From a virus (taxonomy: Duplodnaviria > Heunggongvirae > Uroviricota > Caudoviricetes): 64,000 nt of DNA. Position numbers and translations under genes: made by a program. The stretch lies in IMG/VR virus record IMGVR_UViG_3300021400_000141, positions 257,354 through 321,353 of that record, one strand, 5' to 3'. This document shows, in pieces, positions 1 to 12,060 of the stretch (position 1 is the stretch's first letter; every line of letters starts with the position of its first letter). The notes below the pieces were generated by a model. It worked only from the letters and a program-made list of their open reading frames with translations. It was not told the DNA's origin and did not search any database.

Positions 1-41
1 AAGGCGAAGCTGCTGCTCTTTATGCCGCTGTAATCGCAAAG

Positions 42-1271
42 ATGGACGAGCTTGCTGCCAAGTATCGAAAGAGTTACAGTAACGAGGATATCGAGCGTAT
101 CATCGACAGTATGGTTAGCAGGGGTTACCGTGCATCGCAGACGAACGCTATCGAGTATTATTGCGAAGAGATGATAAACCCCAAGAAGCCTATCAAGTCT
201 CGTAACGACAAGGACGTAATCAACTTTGACCAAGGAATGAACTTTGCGACAAGGGCGTACATTCCAGCAGGTTATGGACTGAGCAAGTCCCATGTCGAGA
301 TAAGCAAGCCTTATACCGAAGTGTTCGGAATTCCTTTCATAAACATCCGCCATCCTCTGTTCAAGGCGATAGCGATGAAATACACCACGAAGTATTCCGC
401 TAAGAACAAGACGAAGAATGGCAAGAAAAGTGCCATGGACAAGGAGTGGGAGAAACGTGCAAAGGCTGTACAGGACAGGGCTAATAAGGCGGAGCAGCAA
501 CTGATAAAGGAAATCAAGGGTGGTAGCCTGATGTCTAAATTCCTTGTTGGTGACCAGACGAAGGAAACGCAGATTGCAGGTGAAGGATTGGACATTGTGT
601 CTACAATCGAGAAGGGACTTCGCAAGATAACTTCATTTGCATCAAACTCGACTCTAATCAAGAACATCTTGCAGTTAATCAAGATGGCTATGGACGGTGA
701 TGAAACGCCTGTGTCCAGGAGCACTCTTGTAGTTGCTGCTAATCAGATGACTTCTTACGATAGGAACCCGATTGTCTCCAACATGGTCAACGACCAGTTT
801 GCTAACGTCAGGGTATTCAATCCTGTGAAACCAGAGAGGAGCGCCGCAGTTTCAAAGAAGTATTTGAAGCAGTTCTACGATATTATCAATCCGTTGGAGA
901 ATGCTGACGAATACATTGCTTGCGGTGCGTTTTCGCCTAACCTTCCGAACGGAGTTGGTGGACGCGGAATGTTTAGGGCGCAGATGCAAACCGTGTCAGG
1001 CGGTGCTATTGACCCGAGTGCTGTATCTGATGCTGCAATCGCCGCATTCCGTCAGGACATTCTTGAACATGGCGGATATCCGTTCACTTATGTGTTGTCT
1101 GACCAGTTCACTGGCGAGAACAATCAGGTATATAGGATAGCCCGTAACAACAATTTCTTTGGTAACTTGGCCAGACTGGATGTTGACCTTGTGGCAATAC
1201 ACGTGAAGAAGGCTGGTATGGATGGAATTTTCATCATGGAGAACCATGATGCGGAAGTGCTTTTTAGCTAG
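42..1271 (+). CDS. Hypothetical phage protein (409 aa; true start may lie upstream of the window)
   Basis: Long ORF; no motif recognised. Confidence 0.7.
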   Translation: MDELAAKYRKSYSNEDIERIIDSMVSRGYRASQTNAIEYYCEEMINPKKPIKSRNDKDVINFDQGMNFATRAYIPAGYGLSKSHVEISKPYTEVFGIPFINIRHPLFKAIAMKYTTKYSAKNKTKNGKKSAMDKEWEKRAKAVQDRANKAEQQLIKEIKGGSLMSKFLVGDQTKETQIAGEGLDIVSTIEKGLRKITSFASNSTLIKNILQLIKMAMDGDETPVSRSTLVVAANQMTSYDRNPIVSNMVNDQFANVRVFNPVKPERSAAVSKKYLKQFYDIINPLENADEYIACGAFSPNLPNGVGGRGMFRAQMQTVSGGAIDPSAVSDAAIAAFRQDILEHGGYPFTYVLSDQFTGENNQVYRIARNNNFFGNLARLDVDLVAIHVKKAGMDGIFIMENHDAEVLFS

Positions 1272-1280
1272 GTGGAATGT

Positions 1281-2015
1281 ATGAACGAGAAAAAGATATT
1301 TATGGAAGCCGTAGGCAACATTGGACTGAACGCATTGCAGTACGATAGCGTTTCTCGTCTGTATGACGTATGCTTTGAGGCTACTATGAATGACCTTTCT
1401 GGTCCAGTAGACAATCTCAGGAAATACAGAAGCAAGACGCTAATGTTCCACTTCAATGACCTGACGATGGACAAGACTACTGGACACGCTGTTGTTCACT
1501 TTGTCGTTCCGTCGGCCAGTGGCGATAAGAACTATGATGTCTACATCGAATTCATCCCGCCGCAAGGAACTTTGTTCAGCATGGCACAGGGTCCGATGAC
1601 CCCGGCCAAGAAGATTGGGTTGCTTCGCTCGTGCGATGTAAAGGTGTTCTGCACCTGTCCAGACTTCAACTGGTCTGGTATGAAATACAACCTTAAACAT
1701 ATCTATGACAGTTATCTGTCTGGATACGAGTCCATTGAGGGCGTCCCTTCTGGAGGCGAGGACATTCCGCCTAATGTAAAGGACCCGCATCATAAGAATA
1801 GGGTTTGCAAGCATGTCCTCGCCGCATTCTCAGCAGTGATGACGAACTGGATGCGTATCATCAAGGCTGCCAAGGAGTACCGTGTTCCTGCAAATGCACC
1901 TACTCCTGCAGAGGAAACCCCGATAGAACAGACGGTTGAGGAAACGCCTACGGTAGCACCTGATACCAATCCCGTTCCCGATGAGAATATCTCAGAGGAC
2001 GAGAACGGAATTTAG
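1281..2015 (+). CDS. SWIM zinc-finger protein carrying the shared N-terminal leader
   Basis: CTCPDF...VCKHVLAAF matches SWIM CxC...CxH; ATG at 1281. Confidence 0.75.
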   Translation: MNEKKIFMEAVGNIGLNALQYDSVSRLYDVCFEATMNDLSGPVDNLRKYRSKTLMFHFNDLTMDKTTGHAVVHFVVPSASGDKNYDVYIEFIPPQGTLFSMAQGPMTPAKKIGLLRSCDVKVFCTCPDFNWSGMKYNLKHIYDSYLSGYESIEGVPSGGEDIPPNVKDPHHKNRVCKHVLAAFSAVMTNWMRIIKAAKEYRVPANAPTPAEETPIEQTVEETPTVAPDTNPVPDENISEDENGI

Positions 2016-2039
2016 GCGAAAAAACATATTTTAGTGTAT

Positions 2040-2065
2040 GAGCCAGCATCGCTCGATGCTGGCTC
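2040..2065 (+). terminator. Stem-loop, probable intrinsic terminator
   Basis: GAGCCAGCATCG-CT-CGATGCTGGCTC perfect inverted repeat after the gene end. Confidence 0.6.
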
Positions 2066-2077
2066 GACGTTTTCCGT

Positions 2078-2086
2078 TATAAACTA
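2078..2086 (+). promoter_or_regulatory. TATAAACTA late-promoter-like motif (one of 15 exact copies)
   Basis: Recurs just upstream of many structural-type genes; resembles the T4 late promoter TATAAATA. Confidence 0.7.
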
Positions 2087-2105
2087 TATACGAATGTAAT
2101 GATTA

Positions 2106-2300
2106 TTGTGGTTTTCGGTAATGGCAATACCAGGACTTAAAGACAATGACGCACGCTCGCTGATAAGCTACCTGCTTAACGGTGACTCCACAAACGTGGA
2201 GAAGCTGGTCAATGCCTATATGGAGTCTGCGTATAGCATCTGTACGAAAGAGAAGACCAAGATAGTCATGGAAAGTATTAACTCACCCAGGAAGGTGTGA
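2106..2300 (+). CDS. Small hypothetical protein
   Basis: Short ORF between the late motif and the protease gene; overlaps the next start. Confidence 0.5.
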   Translation: MWFSVMAIPGLKDNDARSLISYLLNGDSTNVEKLVNAYMESAYSICTKEKTKIVMESINSPRKV

Positions 2301-3043
2301 GTAGGGGAAGCGTCATGGGAAAGATGCGTGAAATCATTGGCGTACCGAATTTCAACGACAGCAAGGTATCTGTCGCGGAACGCACCGACTTGTATGGAAA
2401 TAAGGTAAAGAGGCTCATTCTTGAAGGCACGGCCATTGTGTGTGACGAACCAGGCATTAACGGTCGTTCATATCCTCGTGCAATCATCGCAAGGGAAGTT
2501 GAAAAACTGAACAGGACGAAGATTCGCCTTGGCCGTCTTGCCGCTGAGTTGAACCACCCACGTGTCGATATCGAGGGAAACCCGAAGGATTACCCAATCT
2601 TTGAAATGAACCTGTGGAAGACCTGTGCAGTCATCGAAGAACTCCGTATGGACGGAAAGAACCTGTACTGCCGAATGGTCGTTGCCGAGGATACTGATGC
2701 AGGACGTAACCTCGCTGGCCTAATCAAGGCTGGCTACACACCTGGATACTCTCTGCGTGGTGCTGGCGATACCATCAAGCTTCCTACTGGCTACGAAGAA
2801 ATTGACCCTGACTATACATTGATTACTGTTGACGTTGTTGGAAACCCGAGCTTCGATAACAAGGCCCTCATCACAAGCCACTTCGAAAGCGACGCTGGCA
2901 AGAGAAAGGCGCACAAGGTTCTTACCGAGTGCATCGAACGCTACGGAAAGGAAATTGTGCTTAACCGCAATATGGATTTCCGCACCGACATGTACCATGT
3001 ATACAACAGGGAAGCTCTACTCAACAATCTGCGTAATAGGTGA
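2297..3043 (+). CDS. Prohead core protease (T4 gp21-like)
   Basis: GINGRSYP, ELNHP and GYSLRGAG motifs typical of gp21-family proteases. Confidence 0.85.
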   Translation: MSRGSVMGKMREIIGVPNFNDSKVSVAERTDLYGNKVKRLILEGTAIVCDEPGINGRSYPRAIIAREVEKLNRTKIRLGRLAAELNHPRVDIEGNPKDYPIFEMNLWKTCAVIEELRMDGKNLYCRMVVAEDTDAGRNLAGLIKAGYTPGYSLRGAGDTIKLPTGYEEIDPDYTLITVDVVGNPSFDNKALITSHFESDAGKRKAHKVLTECIERYGKEIVLNRNMDFRTDMYHVYNREALLNNLRNR

Positions 3044-3999
3044 TACATATGCAACTGGCAGACTTTTTAACACAAGATGAACTCGGCAGTATCGACCCTG
3101 GTATTGTAACCAAGATTGAATCGAATTGCAATAAGGCGATAGCTGACTACGAGGCGAAGGGCGACCGGCAATTCAAGTCCTTGGTCGAGGCGGTATCGGG
3201 ACAATTCGATGCATTGGTTAAGCCTGCTGTCCAGAAAAAGGTTGACAGCATGGGCGAAAATGCTGTCAAGGGCAAGCTGTTCGAGGCTTTGCAGAAGATT
3301 GTAAATGTCCTTGAAGAATGCCAGATAGAAACGACGCAGGAAAGGGAAGCCAAGAAGACGGTTGCACAGTTGAAGGCTGAACTTCAGGAAAAGGTGGTCG
3401 AATACAAGCGTGCTATGAAGCAGCTTATGTATGCCAAGATTGCCGATAAGGTCCTCCGTGAAACTAACGGTTATCGTCCAGACCTCCAACAGAAGGCTGT
3501 GGAATACTTCACTGACCCGAAGCGTGATATTTCCCTAGACGACCTGAAACGTGAAGACATCTTCAACTATATCAACGGCGTCGATGACAACAAGACGACG
3601 AGCAGCGAGTTTAGCGGCATCGGCGAAATCAAGGCTCCAAACCAAGTTGATATGAACGAACTGAACGAGATAGCCGACAGTCTGATGCACGATGACATCG
3701 AAGAAAACGGGCTGGAGAACTATCGCAAGAACAACCTCAAAGTGAACGAAGTTAGATATCCCGCTGGTGGAAACGCTGCTGTCAGCAAAAGGATGCGTCC
3801 TGCACCCAAACTGGCCTCCGTAGGCTTCGGCAGCAAGTCTGCTGCATTTGAAGCCCTTGGGCAGGGACTATCCCAGAACAAGGTGTATAACAGCCCTGAT
3901 GTGACCAAGGAAATGCTCTCCCAGCCTACGTCGCTGGAACCAGATGTTTCCGATGATGATGTCAGGCAGGCAATGAATGCGATGAACGTGTTCATCTAA
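3040..3999 (+). CDS. Probable prohead scaffold/core protein (gp22-like)
   Basis: Coiled-coil-like sequence directly after and overlapping the protease gene, as in T4 gene order. Confidence 0.5.
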   Translation: MIHMQLADFLTQDELGSIDPGIVTKIESNCNKAIADYEAKGDRQFKSLVEAVSGQFDALVKPAVQKKVDSMGENAVKGKLFEALQKIVNVLEECQIETTQEREAKKTVAQLKAELQEKVVEYKRAMKQLMYAKIADKVLRETNGYRPDLQQKAVEYFTDPKRDISLDDLKREDIFNYINGVDDNKTTSSEFSGIGEIKAPNQVDMNELNEIADSLMHDDIEENGLENYRKNNLKVNEVRYPAGGNAAVSKRMRPAPKLASVGFGSKSAAFEALGQGLSQNKVYNSPDVTKEMLSQPTSLEPDVSDDDVRQAMNAMNVFI

Positions 4000-4080
4000 C
4001 CAGTTTCCACTTTACACCAAACGAATGGGGCGTCCTATCTCACGGGGATGCCCCATTCAAATATTGTATTTTAAAAGACG

Positions 4081-6420
4081 ATGAAACCGATACACGACGA
4101 ACTTTGGAAACTCCCGCAGGACACGCTTGCTCTTGCATCGGATTATGACATCTCCCCCGTTGTCAATGACGAGGAGATTGCTGGCATGGATTTCTTGAAG
4201 GATGATTCATCTGGCAAGGTCAATTATGACGAGATAAAGTACGAGATACCGACTGATACGAACCAGATACTCCAGTCAAATGTGGAGTATGGTCTTTATG
4301 AGCTGTCGGAAGCTGACCGTGTATTGAAGGACAATGTAAAGTATATCAGTTTGAAATACATCTGCCGCAACCTGAACCGTACGGTTGATTGGGTTATCGA
4401 CAGGGATATTCTGCACAATTTGTTCTACATTATCGACAACAACGGGGACCGTCTGTACCGTGAACCAGAGGTGGTGGAACGGTGCAAGCTTTTGTGCATT
4501 GAGTTCAGAAGGAGAGACCTCCCGTTTTCCACGTTCGGTAGAATGGAGGCCGCTGAATACCTTGGAATGACGCAACAGCAGTTTGAAGCAGTGGCGAAGG
4601 ACATTCCGTTCAAGGAACAGGTTTCTACTGACGGAGAAAAACACATCGTATATTACAAGAAGGACTTGGATGTATACAATCGTCATCACAAGTTCTTGGA
4701 CATGGTTGCAAAGGCTAACGCAACAATTTCTTTCGAGGATGTTGTTGACATCATCGGTAATGTAGCGAAGTCAAACGAATTCTTTGCTGTCTACAAGCCA
4801 AGGAAGATGAAGACTGTTGATGGCTATGTGACGGACAGGTACTCGTCGGACGACATCAGGAAATTCATCGCTTCTCACAGGGGTGACACCTCGATTTACA
4901 ACCCTTTGAAGGAAATAATTTCGAGCGACATGGCTAGGATATATGTCGGTGCGAATAAGAAGGAATGGCTTCGTGCTCGATACGAAAAGAAACTGATACG
5001 TCCTGTCAGGAAGGCCAACGGTTCAAAGCTCAGTCGTTCAGGAAAGGGATTTGCTATGTTCCTTGTGGACGACCTTGACAGGTATATTTACGAAAGGGAT
5101 TGTGGAGACCTCTATGGCCTCGGTAGAGAGTTCATAACTAGGAAGCACATCAAGAACAGATACGGTGTCAATGACAAGTGGATTGACACTTATGCAAAAG
5201 ATAGCGAAAAGGTTCACGTAAAGCTGGCTTCTGGAAACATAATGACATGGGCTACTTATCACGACAGGAAGGTTAAGGAGGTGATGGTAGGTATCAACTA
5301 TGTCGATATCGAGGAGTTAATCAAGGGTGGAAACTTCATTGACATCACCCGTGAATTTATCAGGAAGAAACTGAAGATTGACAAGGAAGAAAACGCCCAG
5401 AGGTACAAGAAGGGCAAGTTCTCAATCCTCATGATGCACAAGAAGTGCGTTGAGAGTAGGAAGAAAAGCCCGTACCAGTATCACGAAGTTACGGACGATG
5501 ATGTTACCCTTGCTCTTGACACGAAGATTAACGAACCCCGTCTTGTCATGGACGAGAAGAAACGTCTACTGAAAAAGATTAAGCAGAATGAAATCGACCA
5601 TGACAACAAGATGAGGGATATCTTAGGTTTGACCCCAGTTAAGTGTTCTGCCGTTTCGAATAACGATGTGGTAAAGTCCTTGGCTTCTCCACAGGTGTTC
5701 CGCTGCATATACAAGAGGGGCAATGTGGACATGTACAAACGATTTGACGGTGGATACAAGACTTACGATTACATTTACCACCCTAACCATTTCTTCACGA
5801 AGAAGAATAGTGCGGACAGGGTTTCCCTCAGTGTCAAGGCCTTGTTCTCTGGCATGTTCAAGATGGAAGAGGAAACATTCGCGTGTCCCCCAGATTGGTT
5901 CATTTACATGGACAGTTCTACCTGCATATCTGACTTTTTATGGAAGGACAAGCTGGATAGGCTTCCCACTGATGTCGGCATGGTAGGTGTATATGGGTGG
6001 AAAAGTGTCCCTAGCTCGTTCAACTGGCACGAAAGCCACGACTCATACGGGTGCTATGAAGGGTTGTCGATTAAGGATAACAGCACCAGAAAAATCATAG
6101 GAGAACTTGGTTTCGGTGAGCTTACCGATGTTGCCATTCTCGGTGGCCCCGTATTTGCCATCAGGGCCAGCATGATACCCGATATTCTCCGTGTACGCAT
6201 TTTGAACGGCTACGTGCTAGGAGATGACCACATTGCTGCTGAACTCTCGATGTTCTGCCACGAGTGCCGCCAGAGGGTGTGCGTGATGGATACGAATGTC
6301 GTGACCTGCATAGACTATATGGATTATGTCGGTGGAGACGACTGGGACGAAGACCAAATCAATTTCGTTTTGCGTTGGCAGCACCGTCTGCCCAAGTTGA
6401 AGGCACCACCGACATTATAA
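4081..6420 (+). CDS. 779-aa protein with several Xis/MerR-like HTH repeats and a C-terminal glycosyltransferase-like domain
   Basis: EAAEYLGMTQQQF...YYKKDLD-type repeats; C-terminal WFIYMDS...VGMVGVYG resembles a GT-A fold. Confidence 0.45.
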   Translation: MKPIHDELWKLPQDTLALASDYDISPVVNDEEIAGMDFLKDDSSGKVNYDEIKYEIPTDTNQILQSNVEYGLYELSEADRVLKDNVKYISLKYICRNLNRTVDWVIDRDILHNLFYIIDNNGDRLYREPEVVERCKLLCIEFRRRDLPFSTFGRMEAAEYLGMTQQQFEAVAKDIPFKEQVSTDGEKHIVYYKKDLDVYNRHHKFLDMVAKANATISFEDVVDIIGNVAKSNEFFAVYKPRKMKTVDGYVTDRYSSDDIRKFIASHRGDTSIYNPLKEIISSDMARIYVGANKKEWLRARYEKKLIRPVRKANGSKLSRSGKGFAMFLVDDLDRYIYERDCGDLYGLGREFITRKHIKNRYGVNDKWIDTYAKDSEKVHVKLASGNIMTWATYHDRKVKEVMVGINYVDIEELIKGGNFIDITREFIRKKLKIDKEENAQRYKKGKFSILMMHKKCVESRKKSPYQYHEVTDDDVTLALDTKINEPRLVMDEKKRLLKKIKQNEIDHDNKMRDILGLTPVKCSAVSNNDVVKSLASPQVFRCIYKRGNVDMYKRFDGGYKTYDYIYHPNHFFTKKNSADRVSLSVKALFSGMFKMEEETFACPPDWFIYMDSSTCISDFLWKDKLDRLPTDVGMVGVYGWKSVPSSFNWHESHDSYGCYEGLSIKDNSTRKIIGELGFGELTDVAILGGPVFAIRASMIPDILRVRILNGYVLGDDHIAAELSMFCHECRQRVCVMDTNVVTCIDYMDYVGGDDWDEDQINFVLRWQHRLPKLKAPPTL

Positions 6421-6440
6421 ACTATGAATGATTAGACTAC

Positions 6441-8021
6441 ATGTCGGAGTTCATAGGTATGAATAACAACAGCACGTTTGCGTACGTCCACACGGAAAGC
6501 GGCCCAATCAAGCCTGCCAAGGCTGTTCCCATCCAGACGATGAGGAACATTATTGCATCTATTCAGGGCAATCATGTCCGTGGAGAAAAGGGTACTAACT
6601 GGGCTGACCTCGCCAAGAAGGTTAACAAGGATTGCAACCCTCATGGGTACACTACGATACAGACTATTTTGAACAAGGCCTTGACCGAGGCTGCAACCCA
6701 GGCTGTTGGCCAGTCTGTATTCCGTCTCGACCTTGGTAACGTTGTGTGCGATTCTGCTCATGCCAAGTTCAAGATGGTCAGAAGGAACCATTCTGTCATC
6801 GTTGACATGCTCTATCCGAACGACAACGGAAACATCACGATTAGGTATAACGTTGACGACGTTGCCGAGAAGATGTTTGAACTATCCCTTGATTCTGAGC
6901 ATTATATCAATGGCTTTGGTCATACAATCATCAAGTGCTGTGACGATGCAATCAAGGAAGCAGAGGAAATGACGGAAGAGGACGATATCTATTCCACTGA
7001 CGAGTATGGATACCAGCCGATAATGTCTGCCGATATGCGTGGTCTTCTGCAAATGACCAATGCAATAATGGAAGCCGATATGGGTGGCGGTGCTGATGCT
7101 GGCTTTGGTGAAGCTGATTTTGCCGCTGCTCCTGCAGACGGTGGTATGGGTGCTGCTGACCAAGGCGGTGGTATGGGTGCTGCTGACCAAGGCGGTGGCG
7201 CAGGTGCTGGAACTGCTAATCTTGGTGGTAACCTGGAGCATGCTGAAGACAAGGTTACGAATTTTGTCGAAGAGTTGAAACAGGGTCTTAACACAGATAT
7301 CAACGGAAGTCTTGGCAAGATTATGAACATCGTTGCCGACAAGAAGGCCGAAGCATCCAAAGAAAACGCTAGCGGTGAACATTTGACGGCAAAGCAAATT
7401 CGTGATGGTATTCCTCCAATGAATTTGAGAGAGAATACCGATACATTGCTTGAAGAATTTAAAGGATTCTACGAGGCGTTCGATGAGACGAAGCCTGACC
7501 CGATGACAAAGAAGGAAATGAAAGCCTTGCTCGATTTCCTTGATAATAACGACGTAAATTCTGCTATGGATTTCGAGGCATGGTTGTTCAGCAATCCTAT
7601 GATGAAGGACCTATTTAAGAGGAATAACATTGGCCTTCAGGGTACTGCGACTAAGGACAATATGGATGTTAATGCTCTTCCTGATGATGGAACGGCAAAT
7701 ACAGGTGAACAGCCTGCTGGTGATGACTTTGGTGGTGGCGACTTCGGTGGTGGCGGAGATTTCGGTGCTCCTGCTGCTGGAGATTTCGGTGCCCCTGCTG
7801 GTGGAGGAGACTTCGGTGCTGGTGGTGACTTCGGTGCTGGCGATATGGGTACTGATATTGCAGACCAGCCTTTTGGTACTGAGACTGCTCCAGGTGGCGA
7901 CACTACAATCAATGACCTAGGGGAAGTTGACAAGATTAGCGAAAACACGAGTACAGAACTTCCTAACCTTGGCGGAGAAACTGCCGAACAACCAGTAGAT
8001 GAAACTGCACCTCAGGCATAA
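6441..8021 (+). CDS. Acidic Gly-rich low-complexity protein, probably virion-associated
   Basis: 526-aa ORF with GGMGAADQG x2 and GGDFG repeats; TATAAACTA at 6416. Confidence 0.65.
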   Translation: MSEFIGMNNNSTFAYVHTESGPIKPAKAVPIQTMRNIIASIQGNHVRGEKGTNWADLAKKVNKDCNPHGYTTIQTILNKALTEAATQAVGQSVFRLDLGNVVCDSAHAKFKMVRRNHSVIVDMLYPNDNGNITIRYNVDDVAEKMFELSLDSEHYINGFGHTIIKCCDDAIKEAEEMTEEDDIYSTDEYGYQPIMSADMRGLLQMTNAIMEADMGGGADAGFGEADFAAAPADGGMGAADQGGGMGAADQGGGAGAGTANLGGNLEHAEDKVTNFVEELKQGLNTDINGSLGKIMNIVADKKAEASKENASGEHLTAKQIRDGIPPMNLRENTDTLLEEFKGFYEAFDETKPDPMTKKEMKALLDFLDNNDVNSAMDFEAWLFSNPMMKDLFKRNNIGLQGTATKDNMDVNALPDDGTANTGEQPAGDDFGGGDFGGGGDFGAPAAGDFGAPAGGGDFGAGGDFGAGDMGTDIADQPFGTETAPGGDTTINDLGEVDKISENTSTELPNLGGETAEQPVDETAPQA

Positions 8022-8033
8022 TAGGTAGATACT

Positions 8034-8654
8034 ATGATGGAAACTACAACGACATACGACAACATAGATGTCAAACCGAATCCTATTGGGAGGAGCACTC
8101 CTCTTGTTTCTGGATTGGCTGCAGACACAGGTGAAGACCAGTTTACCGTTGCTGCCAAGCTGGATGCTGAAATTCGTGAGGAGGAAAAAAAGAGGATGAT
8201 GAACCCTAGGGGTTATGCAGCCGAAACAGACCCGTTGGACGTTGTTAAGTCTGCCGCCAAGGAGACGAAGGTGGAACTGCTGCATCCAGAGCTCGATATT
8301 GTTGACGATGAGCCGACAACGGACGAGCAGGCTGCTGGTGCAGACCAGTTTAGCGTAGATGAAATGAACAACTGGGATACAGCTGCGGAATGGGCTAACG
8401 CTCAACAGCCCGATGACGATAACATCAGTGGCGAAAGTTTTGCCATGAATGAACCGTTAGACGCTGGTTCTGTAAATGGGGATTCAGACATGACGAACCA
8501 ATCGTTGGATTTCATGAATTCCATCGAGCCAACACCTGAGCAGGCCGGGCCTGAGGTAGACGTAGTTCCTGACGCCGAAGGTGATGCTGGTGGTGATGGT
8601 GAGAGTAACGATTTCGAGGAAGACCCTTCGGCAAATTTGGGTGATGAGATATAG
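8034..8654 (+). CDS. Highly acidic hypothetical protein
   Basis: 206-aa D/E-rich ORF in operon arrangement. Confidence 0.65.
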   Translation: MMETTTTYDNIDVKPNPIGRSTPLVSGLAADTGEDQFTVAAKLDAEIREEEKKRMMNPRGYAAETDPLDVVKSAAKETKVELLHPELDIVDDEPTTDEQAAGADQFSVDEMNNWDTAAEWANAQQPDDDNISGESFAMNEPLDAGSVNGDSDMTNQSLDFMNSIEPTPEQAGPEVDVVPDAEGDAGGDGESNDFEEDPSANLGDEI

Positions 8655-8663
8655 GGGGTTATC

Positions 8664-9326
8664 ATGGATTTCAATGATGTTCCTGGACACGAGCTGTTTG
8701 AAACGATAATGGGAGAATCGACGATAGAGGAATACCAGCCAGAAGATGATGGCGGGGTTATCGACGGTTTCGAAATTGACGGCCAAACGAACACTGGCCC
8801 CTTTGACGACAAGTTCAAGCTATACATCAAGAACCCTACACAGATTGACGATTCCATGCTTGACGAATTGGGAAAGCTGATTGACGGTAAGTACAGTGAC
8901 GATTTCAGAGACCTGAAACGCATTGTGTCTAAGCCGAATACGGTTGAACAAATCAAGAATGCTGACATGGTAGAGTACATAACCTACGAGGACATTCCAG
9001 TAGGCGTGCTTACCGTTACTGACCCGACAAAGGAAAACTACATGAATATCGTCCCCGCAGAGACGTATTCTCTCCATAGTGCCTACAACCTTGACAAAAG
9101 GCTTGAAATCGAGTATTTCGTTGTATCTTCGGAGATGAACGAGTACCCTGTCGCACAGGAGCTGGTTAACCACTTGTTGGAGCAGAAGATTGCAACATTC
9201 CTTGTATGCCCTGCCGATGACACCACGATGAATGAGTTGATGCGGAAGGTCCACTTCAAATACGTGAAGACGTTTAGGATAGATGCGGTTGACTATGACA
9301 TCAACCTGTATGTCAACAACGAATAA
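8664..9326 (+). CDS. Hypothetical protein with possible C-terminal GNAT-like fold
   Basis: PVGVLTV...IEYFVVS...VAQELVNHL...MRKVHF pattern resembles GNAT motifs. Confidence 0.4.
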   Translation: MDFNDVPGHELFETIMGESTIEEYQPEDDGGVIDGFEIDGQTNTGPFDDKFKLYIKNPTQIDDSMLDELGKLIDGKYSDDFRDLKRIVSKPNTVEQIKNADMVEYITYEDIPVGVLTVTDPTKENYMNIVPAETYSLHSAYNLDKRLEIEYFVVSSEMNEYPVAQELVNHLLEQKIATFLVCPADDTTMNELMRKVHFKYVKTFRIDAVDYDINLYVNNE

Positions 9327-9371
9327 TCAAAAAATATACTTTAAGGATGATATCACCTACTAGGGTAGATT

Positions 9372-10010
9372 ATGAACAATAACGAATACTTTGGACAGCC
9401 GCAACAGCCACAGCAACCGCAATATGCACCGCAGCAAGGATATCCTCAGCAGCAGCCGTATTATCCGCAGCAGGGTTATCCGCAACAGGGTTATCCTCAG
9501 CAGGGCTACCAACAGCCCATGATGAACCCTGGCATCATGCCTCCTGGTGCCTATCAGCAGCCTCAGTTTGAAGGACAGGGATATGGACAGCAGGGCAGGC
9601 CGACCAAGCTTCCTGGTGGCCAGAGGATTGTCGAAACGCCGTATGGAAACAACACCGACGCTGCGACAAGGGATTACTGCAACCAGATTGATGCTGATGG
9701 CCGTCTCGAAGAGTTGAACAATGCTCTTGACCTTATTAACGGAACTGGCGAAAATGCTGGCGTAGAGGGAAACCTCAATGCGATGAACCAGAAGATGGCA
9801 TCGGTCATGCAAAACAAGGCTGGCATCAACGACCGTCAGAACCTGACTGCTGTGTTGAACTCAATGGAACAGCTTGCACAGATTGTTTCCGACCCAGCTT
9901 CTTGGTTCCCTCCTGGAAGTCAGGCTCAAGTTCCGAAGTTCAAGCCGTCTCTGTCGAAACTTGCTGCAGGACTTAGGAGTTACATCGAGAAGTTGAATAC
10001 GTTGTCTTGA
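9372..10010 (+). CDS. Pro/Gln/Tyr-rich hypothetical protein
   Basis: QQGYP repeats; followed by a hairpin. Confidence 0.65.
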   Translation: MNNNEYFGQPQQPQQPQYAPQQGYPQQQPYYPQQGYPQQGYPQQGYQQPMMNPGIMPPGAYQQPQFEGQGYGQQGRPTKLPGGQRIVETPYGNNTDAATRDYCNQIDADGRLEELNNALDLINGTGENAGVEGNLNAMNQKMASVMQNKAGINDRQNLTAVLNSMEQLAQIVSDPASWFPPGSQAQVPKFKPSLSKLAAGLRSYIEKLNTLS

Positions 10011-10037
10011 CAACGTCAACTTAACAAATCAACTATT

Positions 10038-10064
10038 AGGCGACCTGAATGGTCGCCTTTTGTT
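10038..10064 (+). terminator. Intrinsic terminator
   Basis: AGGCGACC-TGAAT-GGTCGCCT followed by a T-run. Confidence 0.65.
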
Positions 10065-10122
10065 TTAGGTGAAAACAGCCATGGGATTATAAACTATTGG
10101 TAAAGTTTTTGCCGGTTACGTC

Positions 10123-12057
<1,935 letters not shown>

Positions 12058-12060
12058 TCT

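Noticed and set aside
7140-7840. DNA tandem repeats as mobile or regulatory repeats
   Set aside because: They are in-frame coding repeats (GGMGAADQG, GGDFG) within one ORF.
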